This document shows positions 29,792 through 42,215 of a stretch of DNA of 64,000 nucleotides, piece after piece. This DNA comes from an uncultured delta proteobacterium (GTDB lineage: Bacteria; Desulfobacterota; Desulfobacteria; Desulfobacterales; JAHEIW01). The notes below the pieces were generated by a model. The model saw only the letters and a program-made list of their open reading frames with translations. It was not told where the DNA came from and ran no database searches. How positions within the stretch are numbered: position 1 is the first letter of the stretch; the number at the start of each line of letters is the position of its first letter. Location: NCBI GenBank assembly GCA_963706575.1, contig CAVPNL010000004.1:64001-128000 (forward strand), in the 5' to 3' direction. Both the position numbers and the translations under genes were made by a program.

Positions 29792-30070
29792 TTAGGTAAT
29801 ATCAAAACTTTCAAACTCTCCGGTGTAATCCTGCCACTTCACATCCACCTTATCCACGCGGGCCATCCGCGGCCCCTGCCGGCACCAATTCAGCGTGGCA
29901 TCAACATCCTGCTGCCGACCTTCAAAAACAGCTTCGACCGTGCCGTCGCGCTTGTTCCGCACCCATCCTAAAACGCCAAAGCCCTCAGCCGCACGTTGGG
30001 TTTCAACCCGAAAAAACACTCCCTGAACCCGTCCGGATATGACGGCATGGGCCCTTGCCTGTTTTTCCAT
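29792..30070 (-). CDS. acyP: Acylphosphatase
   Basis: G.VQGV.FR, GWVRN..DG.VE; ATG 30070 after AGGAGG. Confidence 0.95.
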   Translation of the reverse strand: MEKQARAHAVISGRVQGVFFRVETQRAAEGFGVLGWVRNKRDGTVEAVFEGRQQDVDATLNWCRQGPRMARVDKVDVKWQDYTGEFESFDIT

Positions 30071-30080
30071 GTTTACCTCC

Positions 30081-30124
30081 TTGCGCTTCGCGCTGCATAG
30101 GGCAAGGCGCTTGGCGCATGGCGT
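30081..30124. repeat. Degenerate 7-mer array, same family as 24160-24240
   Basis: TTGCGCTTCGCGCT GCATAGGGCAAGGCGCTTGGCGCATGGCGT. Confidence 0.55.
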
Positions 30125-30222
30125 TAAACAACATTTCAAATAGGATTAAGATGAAACCGGGTAAATCTCATCAAAATCGTGGAACCCTGGCCCTTTTTCT
30201 TTATGCGGTCAAGCTGCCTGCT

Positions 30223-32969
<2,747 letters not shown>

Positions 32970-32986
32970 TTGTACATCCGGTTGAA

Positions 32987-33241
32987 TTACTGCGGTTTGT
33001 GGTAAGAGGCTAAATCATCTTTAACCTCGTCGATAATATCATATAACCACATCAGGTCCTCTATGGTCAGCCGGCCGGCCTTCACCGGTGCCCTATCGCT
33101 GCCGTCTTTTTTCAGCAGAATCCGCGGCCCGATTTGAACCTTGGGTTCACCTTCACCATATTGATGGATTGAAACCACCAAGCCAGTTTCATTGCATTTC
33201 CACTGTTTTAAAATTTTGTCCTTTTCCGGATCATACGCCAT
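32987..33241 (-). CDS. Small protein, possibly PC4/YdbC-like ssDNA-binding fold
   Basis: 84 aa, GGAGG RBS; beta-strand pattern VSIHQY..GEPKVQI and C-terminal LT.EDL..L helix. Confidence 0.65.
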   Translation of the reverse strand: MAYDPEKDKILKQWKCNETGLVVSIHQYGEGEPKVQIGPRILLKKDGSDRAPVKAGRLTIEDLMWLYDIIDEVKDDLASYHKPQ

Positions 33242-33325
33242 AGTTGCAATTAACCTCCATTCAAATAGAACATTTTTTAATTTTGTGTCTTAATTGTAAT
33301 TTTTTGACATTTTATGATTTTTTTT

Positions 33326-33406
33326 ATCACGAAAACACGAAATTTAGAAAGCACGAAATTTAGCTTTTCCGCTTTTCGTGTTTTCGTCCTTTCGTGCTTT
33401 CGTGAT
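33326..33406. repeat. Inverted CACGAAA tandem array
   Basis: ATCACGAAAACACGAAATTTAGAAAGCACGAAA ... TTTCGTGTTTTCGTCCTTTCGTGCTTTCGTGAT; same family at 43289-43356. Confidence 0.8.
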
Positions 33407-33544
33407 TAATTTATCTTTTTTGGTTCTGGCTTGTTCGTGTTAGGTGTTACCAAATTTAATGGGTCAAAAATCGCTTGTCAATCAGTCTTTTCTATTTAGA
33501 AAAAACTTGACAACTTAAAGCAACCCATATATCGCAACCGCACA

Positions 33545-34738
33545 ATGCCGATTCCAACCCCTTTTCACGATAGAACTTCAAAATTATGCGCCAGCTATTG
33601 TTGGACCGATTGGGCGGGTTATTATGCGGTTTGTTCCTATAATATGCCCAATGAGAGCGAGTACTACGCCATACGGCATGCTGCCGGCTTAATTGATATC
33701 ACACCGTTATTTAAATATCAGATTACCGGAACCGACGCCGCGGCATTTCTGTCCCGCATCATGGCCAGAAATATTCAAAAAGTCAAGGCTGGCCAGGCGG
33801 TGTATTGCTGCTGGTGCAATGATTATGGAAAAGTGATCGATGATGGAACCGTTTTTCACCTGGATGGAGATCGCTTCCGTGTGCACACTGCTGAACCCAT
33901 GCTGGCCTGGTTCGATCAGTTTAAACGCGGTTTCAATATCGCCGTAGAAGATATAACAGAAACGATTGCCGCCGTCGCCATCCAGGGACCCACATCCCGC
34001 AATATACTGAAACAGCTCACGGATGTGGACATGGATGCATTGGCCTATTACCGCGTAACGCCCGCCAAGCTGGATGGGCTCGATACCTATATATCCCGCA
34101 GCGGTTTTACCGGCGACCTCGGATATGAAATCTGGGTGCAAAATACGGCCGCGCTGCCCCTTTGGGATGCCCTCATGTCCGCCGGAAAGCCCTATTTACT
34201 GCATCCTGCTGGCCTGGATGTTCTGGACATCACCCGCATCGAAGCCGGATTGATTCTAAGCGGTGTTGATTTTCACAATGCTGAACATTGCCTGATCGAG
34301 TCCCAAAAATCGACGCCTTTTGAGCTGGGCCTGGGCTGGACGGTTGATCTGGAACGCGAACCCTTTAGCGGTCAGCGGGCACTTAGAGCTGAACAGGCCA
34401 GCGGATCGCAATACGCATTGGTCGGACTTGAGCTTGACTGGGATGAGCAGGAAGCGCTTTACGCCAAACACGGCTTACCGGTTCAGGTTGCCGCAGGCGC
34501 CTGGCGCGCGGGTATGCCGGTCTATGCCGGTGAAGGCTCCCGGCAGATCGGCAAGGCCACCAGCGGCACCTGGTCCCCCATCATCAAGAAAAACCTGGCG
34601 CTGGCCTCCGTGAAAAACGAGTACGCTCAGCCGGGCACAAAACTCAAGATCGAATACACCGTGGAATATCAAAGAGAAACCGTGGCAGCGGTGGTTGCGC
34701 CAATGCCTTTTTACAATCCCGTACATAAAACAAACTGA
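33545..34738 (+). CDS. GcvT-like aminomethyltransferase family (folate-binding) protein
   Basis: TPFH, GKVIDDG, AIQGP.SR, SRSGFTGDLGYEIW, RIEAGL, G..TSG.WSP. Confidence 0.9.
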   Translation: MPIPTPFHDRTSKLCASYCWTDWAGYYAVCSYNMPNESEYYAIRHAAGLIDITPLFKYQITGTDAAAFLSRIMARNIQKVKAGQAVYCCWCNDYGKVIDDGTVFHLDGDRFRVHTAEPMLAWFDQFKRGFNIAVEDITETIAAVAIQGPTSRNILKQLTDVDMDALAYYRVTPAKLDGLDTYISRSGFTGDLGYEIWVQNTAALPLWDALMSAGKPYLLHPAGLDVLDITRIEAGLILSGVDFHNAEHCLIESQKSTPFELGLGWTVDLEREPFSGQRALRAEQASGSQYALVGLELDWDEQEALYAKHGLPVQVAAGAWRAGMPVYAGEGSRQIGKATSGTWSPIIKKNLALASVKNEYAQPGTKLKIEYTVEYQRETVAAVVAPMPFYNPVHKTN

Positions 34739-34782
34739 GTTGAGCGATTGTCGAGATTTGAATCGCTCGTTTTAGGAAAAGC

Positions 34783-36405
34783 ATGATGACTCAAGTGGCT
34801 CAACCGCTCCGGGACCACATACCGACGCAAACCTTTGACGCTATTATTGTCGGCGGAGGACACAACGGGCTGGTGTGCGCCGCCTATCTGGCAAAAGCCG
34901 GAAAAAAAGTCCTCGTTCTGGAACAGCGCCATATTCTGGGAGGCGCCGCTGCCAGCGACGAGATATTTGCGGGCTTCACTTTTTCGGTTTATTCATATGT
35001 GGTCAGTCTGTTCCGCCCGCACATCGTTCGCGAGCTTGAACTCACCCGGCACGGATATCAGGTGATACCGCTGGAATGCACGTTTACACCGTTTCCCGAT
35101 GGTGAATCTCTCACGCGTTGCGGAGATCCGGAAGCCACCCGGCGCGAAATCGCGCGATTCAGCCCGCATGATGCCGAAATTGCGCCCCGCTTCTCAATGG
35201 CCATGACGAAGATGGCCAGTTTCATCAAACACATTATCGATGCGCCCTCGCCCGACCCTGCCTCTCTTCGAATTGGTGAAATCGCCAAATTGCTGGGTCT
35301 GGGACGCCGTTTCAAACAATTGGATGCCGACGACCGCTACTTATTCACCAAACTGATGACAATGAGTGCGGTCGAATTTCTGGACCTGTGGTTCGAATCC
35401 GACCGTTTGAAGGGTCCCATGTCGGTCAGCGGCATCATCGGCACTTATCTGGGAGTGAGGTCCCCGGGTACCGCCTATGTTCTGTTGCATCATTACATGG
35501 GGGAAATAGACGGTGCCTTCCGGTCCTGGGGGCTTTCAAAAGGCGGCACCGGCGGCGTCAGCCTCGCTTGTGCCCGTGCAGCCCGATCATTTGGTGCTGA
35601 AATTCGGATCGAAGCGCCTGTGGAACAGATCCTGATAAAAGAAGGCAGCGCTGCCGGAGTGGTCGTGAAGGGTGGACACGAGATCAAAAGCAAGACCGTT
35701 ATTTCAGCCGCCGATACGCATCAGACATTTTTTAAGATGGTGGGCGAGCAGCATCTGGGCAACGATTTTGTGAGGCAGCTCAAACGCTTCAAATACAGGG
35801 GCAGTTCTGCCAAAGTAAATCTGGCCGTGGACCGCCTTCCGGAATTCAGCTGCAAACCGGGCGGCGGGCCCCATCTAAAGGGCGATATCACCATTGCCCC
35901 GGGGGTTGACTATCTGGAAAAAGCTTATGATGACGCCAAATACGGCGATTTTTCGAAAAAGCCGTTTCTGGATATTGTCATCCCGTCTTTGACCGATCCG
36001 ACCGTGGCCCCGCCGGGCAAGCACGTGATTTCGATTTTTGTCCAATACGCACCCTACCACCTGAAAGAAGGAGCAGCCCAATGGCCTGAAAAGCGGGAAG
36101 CATTGGGAGATACGGTGATCGACACGCTGGCCGAATACTGCCCGAATTTAAAAGATTCGATTTTACACCGCCAGGTCGTAACCCCCTGGGATTTGGAACA
36201 GGATGTAGGCCTTACCGAGGGCAACATTTTTCAGGGCGAGCTGAGTCTGGAGCAGCTCGGCCCATTTCGGCCGGTGGCGGGCTGGTCCCGCTACCGGACA
36301 CCGATCAATAACCTGTGGATGTGTGGTTCCTGTGTGCACCCGGGCGGTGGCATCATGGGCGCCCCCGGTGAGCTGGCCGCCAAAATGTTACTTAAGTACA
36401 GTTAA
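34783..36405 (+). CDS. Phytoene desaturase/PYROXD2-like FAD-dependent oxidoreductase
   Basis: IVGGGHNGLVCAAYLA, APPGKH, GNIFQGE, L..CGS..HPGGG..G. Confidence 0.88.
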   Translation: MMTQVAQPLRDHIPTQTFDAIIVGGGHNGLVCAAYLAKAGKKVLVLEQRHILGGAAASDEIFAGFTFSVYSYVVSLFRPHIVRELELTRHGYQVIPLECTFTPFPDGESLTRCGDPEATRREIARFSPHDAEIAPRFSMAMTKMASFIKHIIDAPSPDPASLRIGEIAKLLGLGRRFKQLDADDRYLFTKLMTMSAVEFLDLWFESDRLKGPMSVSGIIGTYLGVRSPGTAYVLLHHYMGEIDGAFRSWGLSKGGTGGVSLACARAARSFGAEIRIEAPVEQILIKEGSAAGVVVKGGHEIKSKTVISAADTHQTFFKMVGEQHLGNDFVRQLKRFKYRGSSAKVNLAVDRLPEFSCKPGGGPHLKGDITIAPGVDYLEKAYDDAKYGDFSKKPFLDIVIPSLTDPTVAPPGKHVISIFVQYAPYHLKEGAAQWPEKREALGDTVIDTLAEYCPNLKDSILHRQVVTPWDLEQDVGLTEGNIFQGELSLEQLGPFRPVAGWSRYRTPINNLWMCGSCVHPGGGIMGAPGELAAKMLLKYS

Positions 36406-36535
36406 TCGTTATTGGTTATTGGTTAATCGTGAGGTGTCAGGGGATTGTTTGATTAGTTTTATTTGTTTCATTGGTTGAATTGGTTGATTCAAACCGAACC
36501 AATTGAACGAATTTAACCAATCAAACCAATTAAAC
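36401..36535. repeat. 7-mer GTTAWTS array plus inverted 9-mer (ATTGGTTNN/AACCAATNN) array
   Basis: GTTAATC GTTATTG GTTATTG GTTAATC overlapping the TAA stop; 36444-36535 inverted arms. Confidence 0.75.
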
Positions 36536-36571
36536 GGATGGTCTAACCCTTTTAGTAGACCTAACTGAAAT

Positions 36572-38131
36572 ATGGAAATATCGAAAACCAACGCGTATGA
36601 TGTGATAATAATTGGTGCCGGTCATAATGGCCTGACCGCTGCTGCCTTATTGGCCAAACAGGGCCGCAAGGTCCTGATCCTTGAACGGCGCAACATCATC
36701 GGCGGTCTGGCGGCGGGAGAAGAATTTCATCCCGGATATCACTCCTGCGGCTTACTGCATGATAGCAGCCAGGTGCGTGCTAAAGCGGTCAGGGCACTCG
36801 ATTTGAAATCTCATGGTCTTGAATTTTTAGCGCGAAGGCCATCTGTCCTGGCTTTGGATCTCGAAGGCCGCGGGATACTTCTGGGGAACAAGGACGGCCG
36901 CACAGCCAGAGAAATCGATTTTTATTCACCTGATGATGCCAGGCAATATCTTAAATACCGTAAATTTATCAAACGCGTTGCCGCTGTCGTCAATCGCATC
37001 TTCGAGGAACAACCGCCGGCTATTGAATCCCTTGATGGCCGCACGCTCTTGGATCTTTTCAAAACCGGATTTGCGCTGCGGCGACTGGGCAAAACCACAA
37101 TGCTGGAATTTTTGCGCGTCTCACCCATGTGTGTCGCTGACTGGCTGAATGAATGGTTTGAAAATAATTGCTTAAAGGCCGCGCTGGCCGGCGCTGGCTT
37201 AAGCGGTAATTTCGCCGGCCCCTGGAGCCCCGGCACCGCCTTTAACCTGCTATTGTGGGAATGTTCCGCCAAACGCAGCATTAAAGGCGGCCCCCGGTCC
37301 TTGATCGCCGCTCTTGAAAAAGCGGCCCAATCCCAGGGGGTTGAAATTCGAACCGCGGCCGAAGTCATCGAATTACGGGTTTCCGGAGGAAAGGTCGAGG
37401 GGGTGGTGCTCAAAAACGATGAGCTCGTGCAGGCCTCCATTGTTGCCGCATCCTGCGACCCCCGACATACCTTTTTAGACCTGGTGCCGGGCAATCAGGT
37501 TGAAAGCTGGCAGGAACATCGCATGCAACATATTCGCGGCACCGGCACCACAGCGAAAGTGAACCTGGCGCTGAATACACAGCTGGAATTCAACGGCCGT
37601 TCGAGAAAAAAAATCGAGTTTGCCAGGACAGGCCACCACCTGGACCACCTCGAGAAAGCCTTTGACGCCTGCAAGTACGGGCAGTTTTCAGCCGACCCCA
37701 TCCTGGATATCCATATTCCCACCGTATCAAACCCGGATCTGGCGCCGCCGGGACACAGCGTGGTTTCTGTTCTGGTAAATTTCGTGCCCTATGGTCTACA
37801 ACCGCAATGGAGCCAGAATCAGATCGAAAAACTGGGGGATGCCGTTGTGGCAACCCTGAAGCAATACGCACCCGGCGTTACCGATGCAATTGTGGCCCGG
37901 GAAGTACTGTCTCCGGTCGATCTGGAGAAACGTTACGGTCTGATGAAGGGACATATCCTGCACGGTGAGCACGCCCTGGATCAGCTGATTTTAAGACCCA
38001 GCCCGGAATGCGCCCGCTACCACACACCGATCAAAGGACTGTATTTATGCGGCAGCGGCAGCCACCCCGGCGGCGGCATCACCTGCGGTCCGGGAGCGAT
38101 AGCGGCTTCTGTCATTACTAAACATAAATAA
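36572..38131 (+). CDS. Second phytoene desaturase/PYROXD2-like FAD-dependent oxidoreductase
   Basis: IIGAGHNGL.AA, APPGHS, GHI.HGE..LDQ, LYLCGSGSHPGGG. Confidence 0.88.
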   Translation: MEISKTNAYDVIIIGAGHNGLTAAALLAKQGRKVLILERRNIIGGLAAGEEFHPGYHSCGLLHDSSQVRAKAVRALDLKSHGLEFLARRPSVLALDLEGRGILLGNKDGRTAREIDFYSPDDARQYLKYRKFIKRVAAVVNRIFEEQPPAIESLDGRTLLDLFKTGFALRRLGKTTMLEFLRVSPMCVADWLNEWFENNCLKAALAGAGLSGNFAGPWSPGTAFNLLLWECSAKRSIKGGPRSLIAALEKAAQSQGVEIRTAAEVIELRVSGGKVEGVVLKNDELVQASIVAASCDPRHTFLDLVPGNQVESWQEHRMQHIRGTGTTAKVNLALNTQLEFNGRSRKKIEFARTGHHLDHLEKAFDACKYGQFSADPILDIHIPTVSNPDLAPPGHSVVSVLVNFVPYGLQPQWSQNQIEKLGDAVVATLKQYAPGVTDAIVAREVLSPVDLEKRYGLMKGHILHGEHALDQLILRPSPECARYHTPIKGLYLCGSGSHPGGGITCGPGAIAASVITKHK

Positions 38132-38189
38132 GTCAAACCAATTTTTAAAGTACCGTTTGGACCTCTTGTCAATACTTACCTTCTAAAAA

Positions 38190-38218
38190 TTGACATACTA
38201 TATATTACATTCTATAAT
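38190..38218 (+). promoter_or_regulatory. Perfect-consensus sigma70 promoter
   Basis: TTGACA (38190-38195), 17 bp, TATAAT (38213-38218). Confidence 0.85.
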
Positions 38219-38306
38219 AAAAAACATGAGGTTTTTCGGAAAGTACAATTCTTCAAAATAGGCCATGTATTGTTAGGAATTTACCAATAATTAAAGGGAG
38301 AATGCC

Positions 38307-38633
38307 ATGTCACCTGCAAAGAAAAAAACAACTGCCAAAAAGCCTGCTGCGAAAAAGAAAACTGCCGCCAAGAAAACTGTTGCGAAAAAGAAAGCTGCTG
38401 CTAAGAAACCTGCTGCGAAAAAGAAAACTGCCGCCAAGAAAACTGTTGCGAAAAAGAAAACTGCTGCGAAGAAAGCTGCTGCGAAAAAGAAAACTGCCGC
38501 CAAGAAAACTGTTGCGAAAAAGAAAGCTGCTGCTAAGAAACCTGCTGCGAAAAAGAAAACTGCCGCGAAGAAAGCTGTTGCGAAAAAGAAAACTGCTGCT
38601 AAGAAAGCTGTTGCGAAAAAGAAAAAGAAGTAA
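38307..38633 (+). CDS. Histone H1-like Lys/Ala-rich protein
   Basis: 108 aa, 50 Lys, no acidic residue, eight 11-aa repeats; AAGGGAG RBS, own promoter and terminator. Confidence 0.85.
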   Translation: MSPAKKKTTAKKPAAKKKTAAKKTVAKKKAAAKKPAAKKKTAAKKTVAKKKTAAKKAAAKKKTAAKKTVAKKKAAAKKPAAKKKTAAKKAVAKKKTAAKKAVAKKKKK

Positions 38634-38657
38634 TCAGCATTTACCCTCTCACCAATC

Positions 38658-38716
38658 AAAAACGGGGAGGCAAGAATCATTTTTATGGGTTTTAAATGAT
38701 CTCGCTCCCCGTTTTT
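38658..38716 (+). terminator. Intrinsic (probably bidirectional) terminator
   Basis: AAAAACGGGGAG ... CTCCCCGTTTTT. Confidence 0.7.
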
Positions 38717-38718
38717 AT

Positions 38719-38962
38719 TAGAAGTGGTTTCAAAGCCTCAGATCAGGTTTCCCGCTTTAACGCGGGATTGCACGTCTTTATTTTAACAAATTAATGTGTG
38801 CATCAAAGCCCCGCTGCAGCGGGATTACATATCTGATCTTAAAAAATTAAGGTATGCATCAAGCGCAGGCCGATCGAGAAAGTCGTTGTTCTCAGCATAC
38901 ATGATGGGCTAGTATGTGAGCATTTATCGGAGGCTGTGCTGCACCCTTGCCCGGATACTTAA
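38719..38962. repeat. Cluster of degenerate MITE-like remnants
   Basis: 38719-38749 matches 9342-9372; CCCGC-n-GCGGGA mini-palindromes; CTCAGCATAC/GTATGTGAG core hairpin (38891-38920). Confidence 0.5.
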
Positions 38963-41070
38963 ATTGACAATTTGGAGAAGTCCGCGAATTTACCAAACAG
39001 TGTCGCGATGTGTTCAAGCAATGCCATCCGGTTGCGGCGAAGGTGTTGATCTTCCGCCAGCACCATCACGCCGTCGAAAAAGGCATCCACCGGACCGCGC
39101 AAAGTAGCGATATCCTGCAGCGCTTTTTCAAAGAGCCCTTTATCCATGGCCTCGGACACCTTTTTTTCAACTTTTTGATAGGCGAAAAAAAGCGCCGATT
39201 CGCTTTCATGTCCAAACAGATTTTCTTTCACCTCGCCGAGTCTTGCCTGCCCTTTCTGTTTGCCCGATTTCTTTAAAATATTGACCACTCGTTTAAAGGC
39301 CACTGCCAGGGGTTCAAAATCCGGTTTGGCCTTAAGCGACTCAAGGGCTTCCAGACGACTCCATAAATTGGGCACATGATCGATAGAAACATCAACAACC
39401 GCAGCGATCGTATCCTTGGCGTAACCCTGATCGGCCAGCAGCTGGATGATGCGGTTTTGCAAAAAAGAATAGACCTTTTGCGTAAGTGCTTTTAGTTCAT
39501 CCGAATCTTTTATTTCAAATTGGCTGATGCTTTTTTTGATCAATTTTCGAAGTGAAAAGGAAAATCCCTTATCATTCATGATTTGAATGATTCCGATCCC
39601 CTGGCGCCTAAGTGCATAAGGATCAGAAGCACCGGTAGGCGTCAGTCCGGCGCTGAAGCAGCCGCAGATAGAATCGATTTTATCGGCGATGCTTAAAACG
39701 GAGCCCGTAATGGTTTCCGGCAGCGGACCGCCGGAAAACGTGGGCCGATAGTGCTCCTCGATGGCTGCGGATACGGTGGCAAGCTCGCCGGCAATGGCGG
39801 CATAGACTCTGCCCATGACACCCTGCAGTTTGGGAAATTCCCCGACCACCTGGCTGACAAGGTCCGCTTTGCACAATATTGCCGCGCGGGCGACCTGGGT
39901 TTTGAGCCCGTCACTCTGTTTTGCGTCGGCCAGCCCGATATCCACTGCTTTGGCGATGAATTTTCCGATTTTGGCGACGCGCTGAGCTTTCTCATACATC
40001 GTACCCAGCTTCGCCTGGAATAAAACCCTTTTCAGTTTTTCCACCCGCTCATCATTTGAGATATCCAGATCACCCTGGTAGAAAAACTGGGCGTCGGCCA
40101 GACGCGCACGCAGCACACGTTCGTGGCCCTTGGCCACCAGTTTCATATTCCTGGCTTTGGTATTATTGACAGCGACAAAATAAGGTAAAAGCTTGCGGGA
40201 TTTATTCACAATCGCAAAATATTTCTGATGTTCGCGCATTGCCGTAATCAGCACCTCGTCGGGGAGTTCGAGAAATTCCTTGTCAAATTGGCCCGCTATG
40301 GCGACCGGGTACTCAACCAGGTTGTTGACAATATCCAGCAGTTCTTCATCGGGCAGAATGCTACCGCCGACTTTCATTGCCGCTTTGTTGATCTCGCGTT
40401 CGACCGCTTTGCGGCGTTCAGCGAGATCAACGATCACCTGAGCTGCGTTGAGGCGTTTTAGATAATCATCGGCTGAATCAATTTTAATTTTACCGGGCTG
40501 CATAAAATAATGCCCGTTGGAAGTGCGCCCGGATCTGATATTTCCCAGTTTAAATTGAATCACGCTGGAACCCAGCAGCGCCAGGCAGGAATGAATGGGT
40601 CTGGCAAAGGTGATGTCCAGATCCGCCCAGCGCATGGTTTTCGGAAACGGCGTCGTCAATATCGCCTTTGGCAGGATCTCTTTAAGCAAGCTACGCGTTG
40701 CCTGACCGCGTTCCTGCTTTATCGCGCACAAATAAGCCCCTTTCTTGGTCTCTTTAACGCTCAGCGCCTCAATTTTAACACCCGCTTTCTCGGCAAACTT
40801 TTTGGCGGCCATGGTCGGTTTGCCGGATTCATCAAACCCGACCTTAACCGGGGGCCCGGTTAATTCAGTCTTTAGCGGCAGCTGTTTGGCGGCTACTTTT
40901 TCAATTCGAACGGCAAGTCGCCGGGGGGACCCGTATATTTCGGCGGAGCCGTGCTCAATCCGGGCTTCAGTCATTTTTTTCTGTAATGTTGCCGCCAACG
41001 CCTTTAGTGCAGGGTCAATATAACCTGCCGGAATTTCTTCAGTGCCAATTTCAAGCAATAATGTATCCAT
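38959..41070 (-). CDS. glyS: Glycine--tRNA ligase beta subunit
   Basis: LLEIGTEEIP, FPK.MRW, HQKYF, KADL...VVGEFP.LQG.MG, GASDPYALRR. Confidence 0.97.
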   Translation of the reverse strand: MDTLLLEIGTEEIPAGYIDPALKALAATLQKKMTEARIEHGSAEIYGSPRRLAVRIEKVAAKQLPLKTELTGPPVKVGFDESGKPTMAAKKFAEKAGVKIEALSVKETKKGAYLCAIKQERGQATRSLLKEILPKAILTTPFPKTMRWADLDITFARPIHSCLALLGSSVIQFKLGNIRSGRTSNGHYFMQPGKIKIDSADDYLKRLNAAQVIVDLAERRKAVEREINKAAMKVGGSILPDEELLDIVNNLVEYPVAIAGQFDKEFLELPDEVLITAMREHQKYFAIVNKSRKLLPYFVAVNNTKARNMKLVAKGHERVLRARLADAQFFYQGDLDISNDERVEKLKRVLFQAKLGTMYEKAQRVAKIGKFIAKAVDIGLADAKQSDGLKTQVARAAILCKADLVSQVVGEFPKLQGVMGRVYAAIAGELATVSAAIEEHYRPTFSGGPLPETITGSVLSIADKIDSICGCFSAGLTPTGASDPYALRRQGIGIIQIMNDKGFSFSLRKLIKKSISQFEIKDSDELKALTQKVYSFLQNRIIQLLADQGYAKDTIAAVVDVSIDHVPNLWSRLEALESLKAKPDFEPLAVAFKRVVNILKKSGKQKGQARLGEVKENLFGHESESALFFAYQKVEKKVSEAMDKGLFEKALQDIATLRGPVDAFFDGVMVLAEDQHLRRNRMALLEHIATLFGKFADFSKLSI

Positions 41071-41113
41071 ATTTACCTCAGATTTGGGTTCCGGGGTTTC
41101 ATTTGCCAGAGCA

Positions 41114-41170
41114 GTAGGGCGGCCCTCTGCGGCCGCCGTTTCAGAAGGCAGCCACAGAGGGCGGCCCTAC
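41114..41170. repeat. GTAG-type REP pair (REPIN)
   Basis: GTAGGGCGGCCCTCTGCGGCCGCC ... GGCAGCCACAGAGGGCGGCCCTAC. Confidence 0.8.
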
Positions 41171-41180
41171 TTTCCGATTT

Positions 41181-41236
41181 TCATCTGTCATCTGTTTTCT
41201 AACCCTGAACCCTTGAACGCTGAACCTTGGAACCTT
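41181..41236. repeat. 7-mer arrays (TCATCTG; AACCCTG type) abutting the glyQ stop
   Basis: TCATCTG TCATCTG; AACCCTG AACCCTTG AACGCTG AACCTTGG AACC. Confidence 0.65.
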
Positions 41237-42112
41237 TTAGTTTTTTTTATTCAGCAGCGGAAACCCCATGCTTTCGCGCTGTTTCAAATACCCTTCTGCG
41301 CTCGCCCGTGCGAGGTTTCTTATCCGGCCAATATAGCCGGTCCTTTCGGTCACACTGATGGCGCCCCGGGCATCCAGAAGATTAAATGTATGGGAACATT
41401 TCAGGCAATACTCGTAAGCCGGCAGAACAAGCCCATCTTCCGCTTGACGTTTGGACTCCGCCTCGTACTTTTTGAATAAATCAAATAAGGCGGTTACATC
41501 GGCTTTTTCAAAATTGTAGGTCGACTGCTCGACTTCTTGCTGATGATGGACATCACCATATTTGATCTCATTGTTCCATTGCAGATCATAAACATTATCC
41601 ACACCCTGAAGATACATCGCGATTCTTTCCAGACCGTATGTCAGTTCGACGGGAATGGGGTGCAATTCAATACTGCCGGCCATCTGAAAATAGGTAAATT
41701 GGGTGATTTCCATTCCATCCAGCCAGACTTCCCAGCCCAGGCCGGAAGCCCCCAGGGTAGGCGATTCCCAATCGTCTTCCACAAAACGGATATCATGATC
41801 GAGGGGATCAATGCCCAACACCTTCATGCTCTGAAGATATTGTCTTTGAACATCAAAAGGTGACGGTTTCAAAATGACCTGATACTGATAGTAATGCTGC
41901 AGGCGGTTGGGATTATCACCGTACCGGCCGTCAGTGGGCCGCCGGGAAGGTTGAACATAAGCAACATTCCAGGGCTCCGGACCCAGCGCCTTTAAAGTCG
42001 TGGTCGGGTGGAATGTCCCTGCGCCGACTTCCATATCATAAGGTTGTGCCATCACGCAGCCCTTACGGGCCCAAAATTTGTTCAGTTCAAAAATGACATC
42101 CTGAAAGTACAT
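41237..42112 (-). CDS. glyQ: Glycine--tRNA ligase alpha subunit
   Basis: EVGAGT, QPSRRP.DGRYG.NPNRLQ, GME.TQFTYFQ, TYGLER. Confidence 0.98.
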   Translation of the reverse strand: MYFQDVIFELNKFWARKGCVMAQPYDMEVGAGTFHPTTTLKALGPEPWNVAYVQPSRRPTDGRYGDNPNRLQHYYQYQVILKPSPFDVQRQYLQSMKVLGIDPLDHDIRFVEDDWESPTLGASGLGWEVWLDGMEITQFTYFQMAGSIELHPIPVELTYGLERIAMYLQGVDNVYDLQWNNEIKYGDVHHQQEVEQSTYNFEKADVTALFDLFKKYEAESKRQAEDGLVLPAYEYCLKCSHTFNLLDARGAISVTERTGYIGRIRNLARASAEGYLKQRESMGFPLLNKKN

Positions 42113-42137
42113 AGCGTATTCCTTTTCTTTCGCACTT

Positions 42138-42208
42138 GTGTTTGGTGTTTAGTTTTTAGTGATCGGTATTGCGCCCTCACAAAACACTAAACACAAAATA
42201 CCAAACAC
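42138..42208. repeat. Inverted 7-mer tandem array (GTGTTTR type)
   Basis: GTGTTTG GTGTTTA GTTTTTA GTG ... CAC AAAACAC TAAACAC AAAATAC CAAACAC; same family at 51971-52081. Confidence 0.8.
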
Positions 42209-42215
42209 GAACGAC

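Noticed and set aside
33545..34738. Canonical glycine cleavage T protein (gcvT)
   Set aside because: No gcvH or gcvP adjacent; the context is the flavoprotein pair.
34783..38131. Carotenoid biosynthesis (crtI/crtO)
   Set aside because: No phytoene synthase, GGPP synthase or cyclase in the window.
38291..38721. Phe/Ala-rich minus-strand ORF and Arg/Lys/Leu alternative-frame ORF
   Set aside because: Shadows of the 33-bp repeat; RBS spacing and third-position variation fit the 38307-38633 frame.
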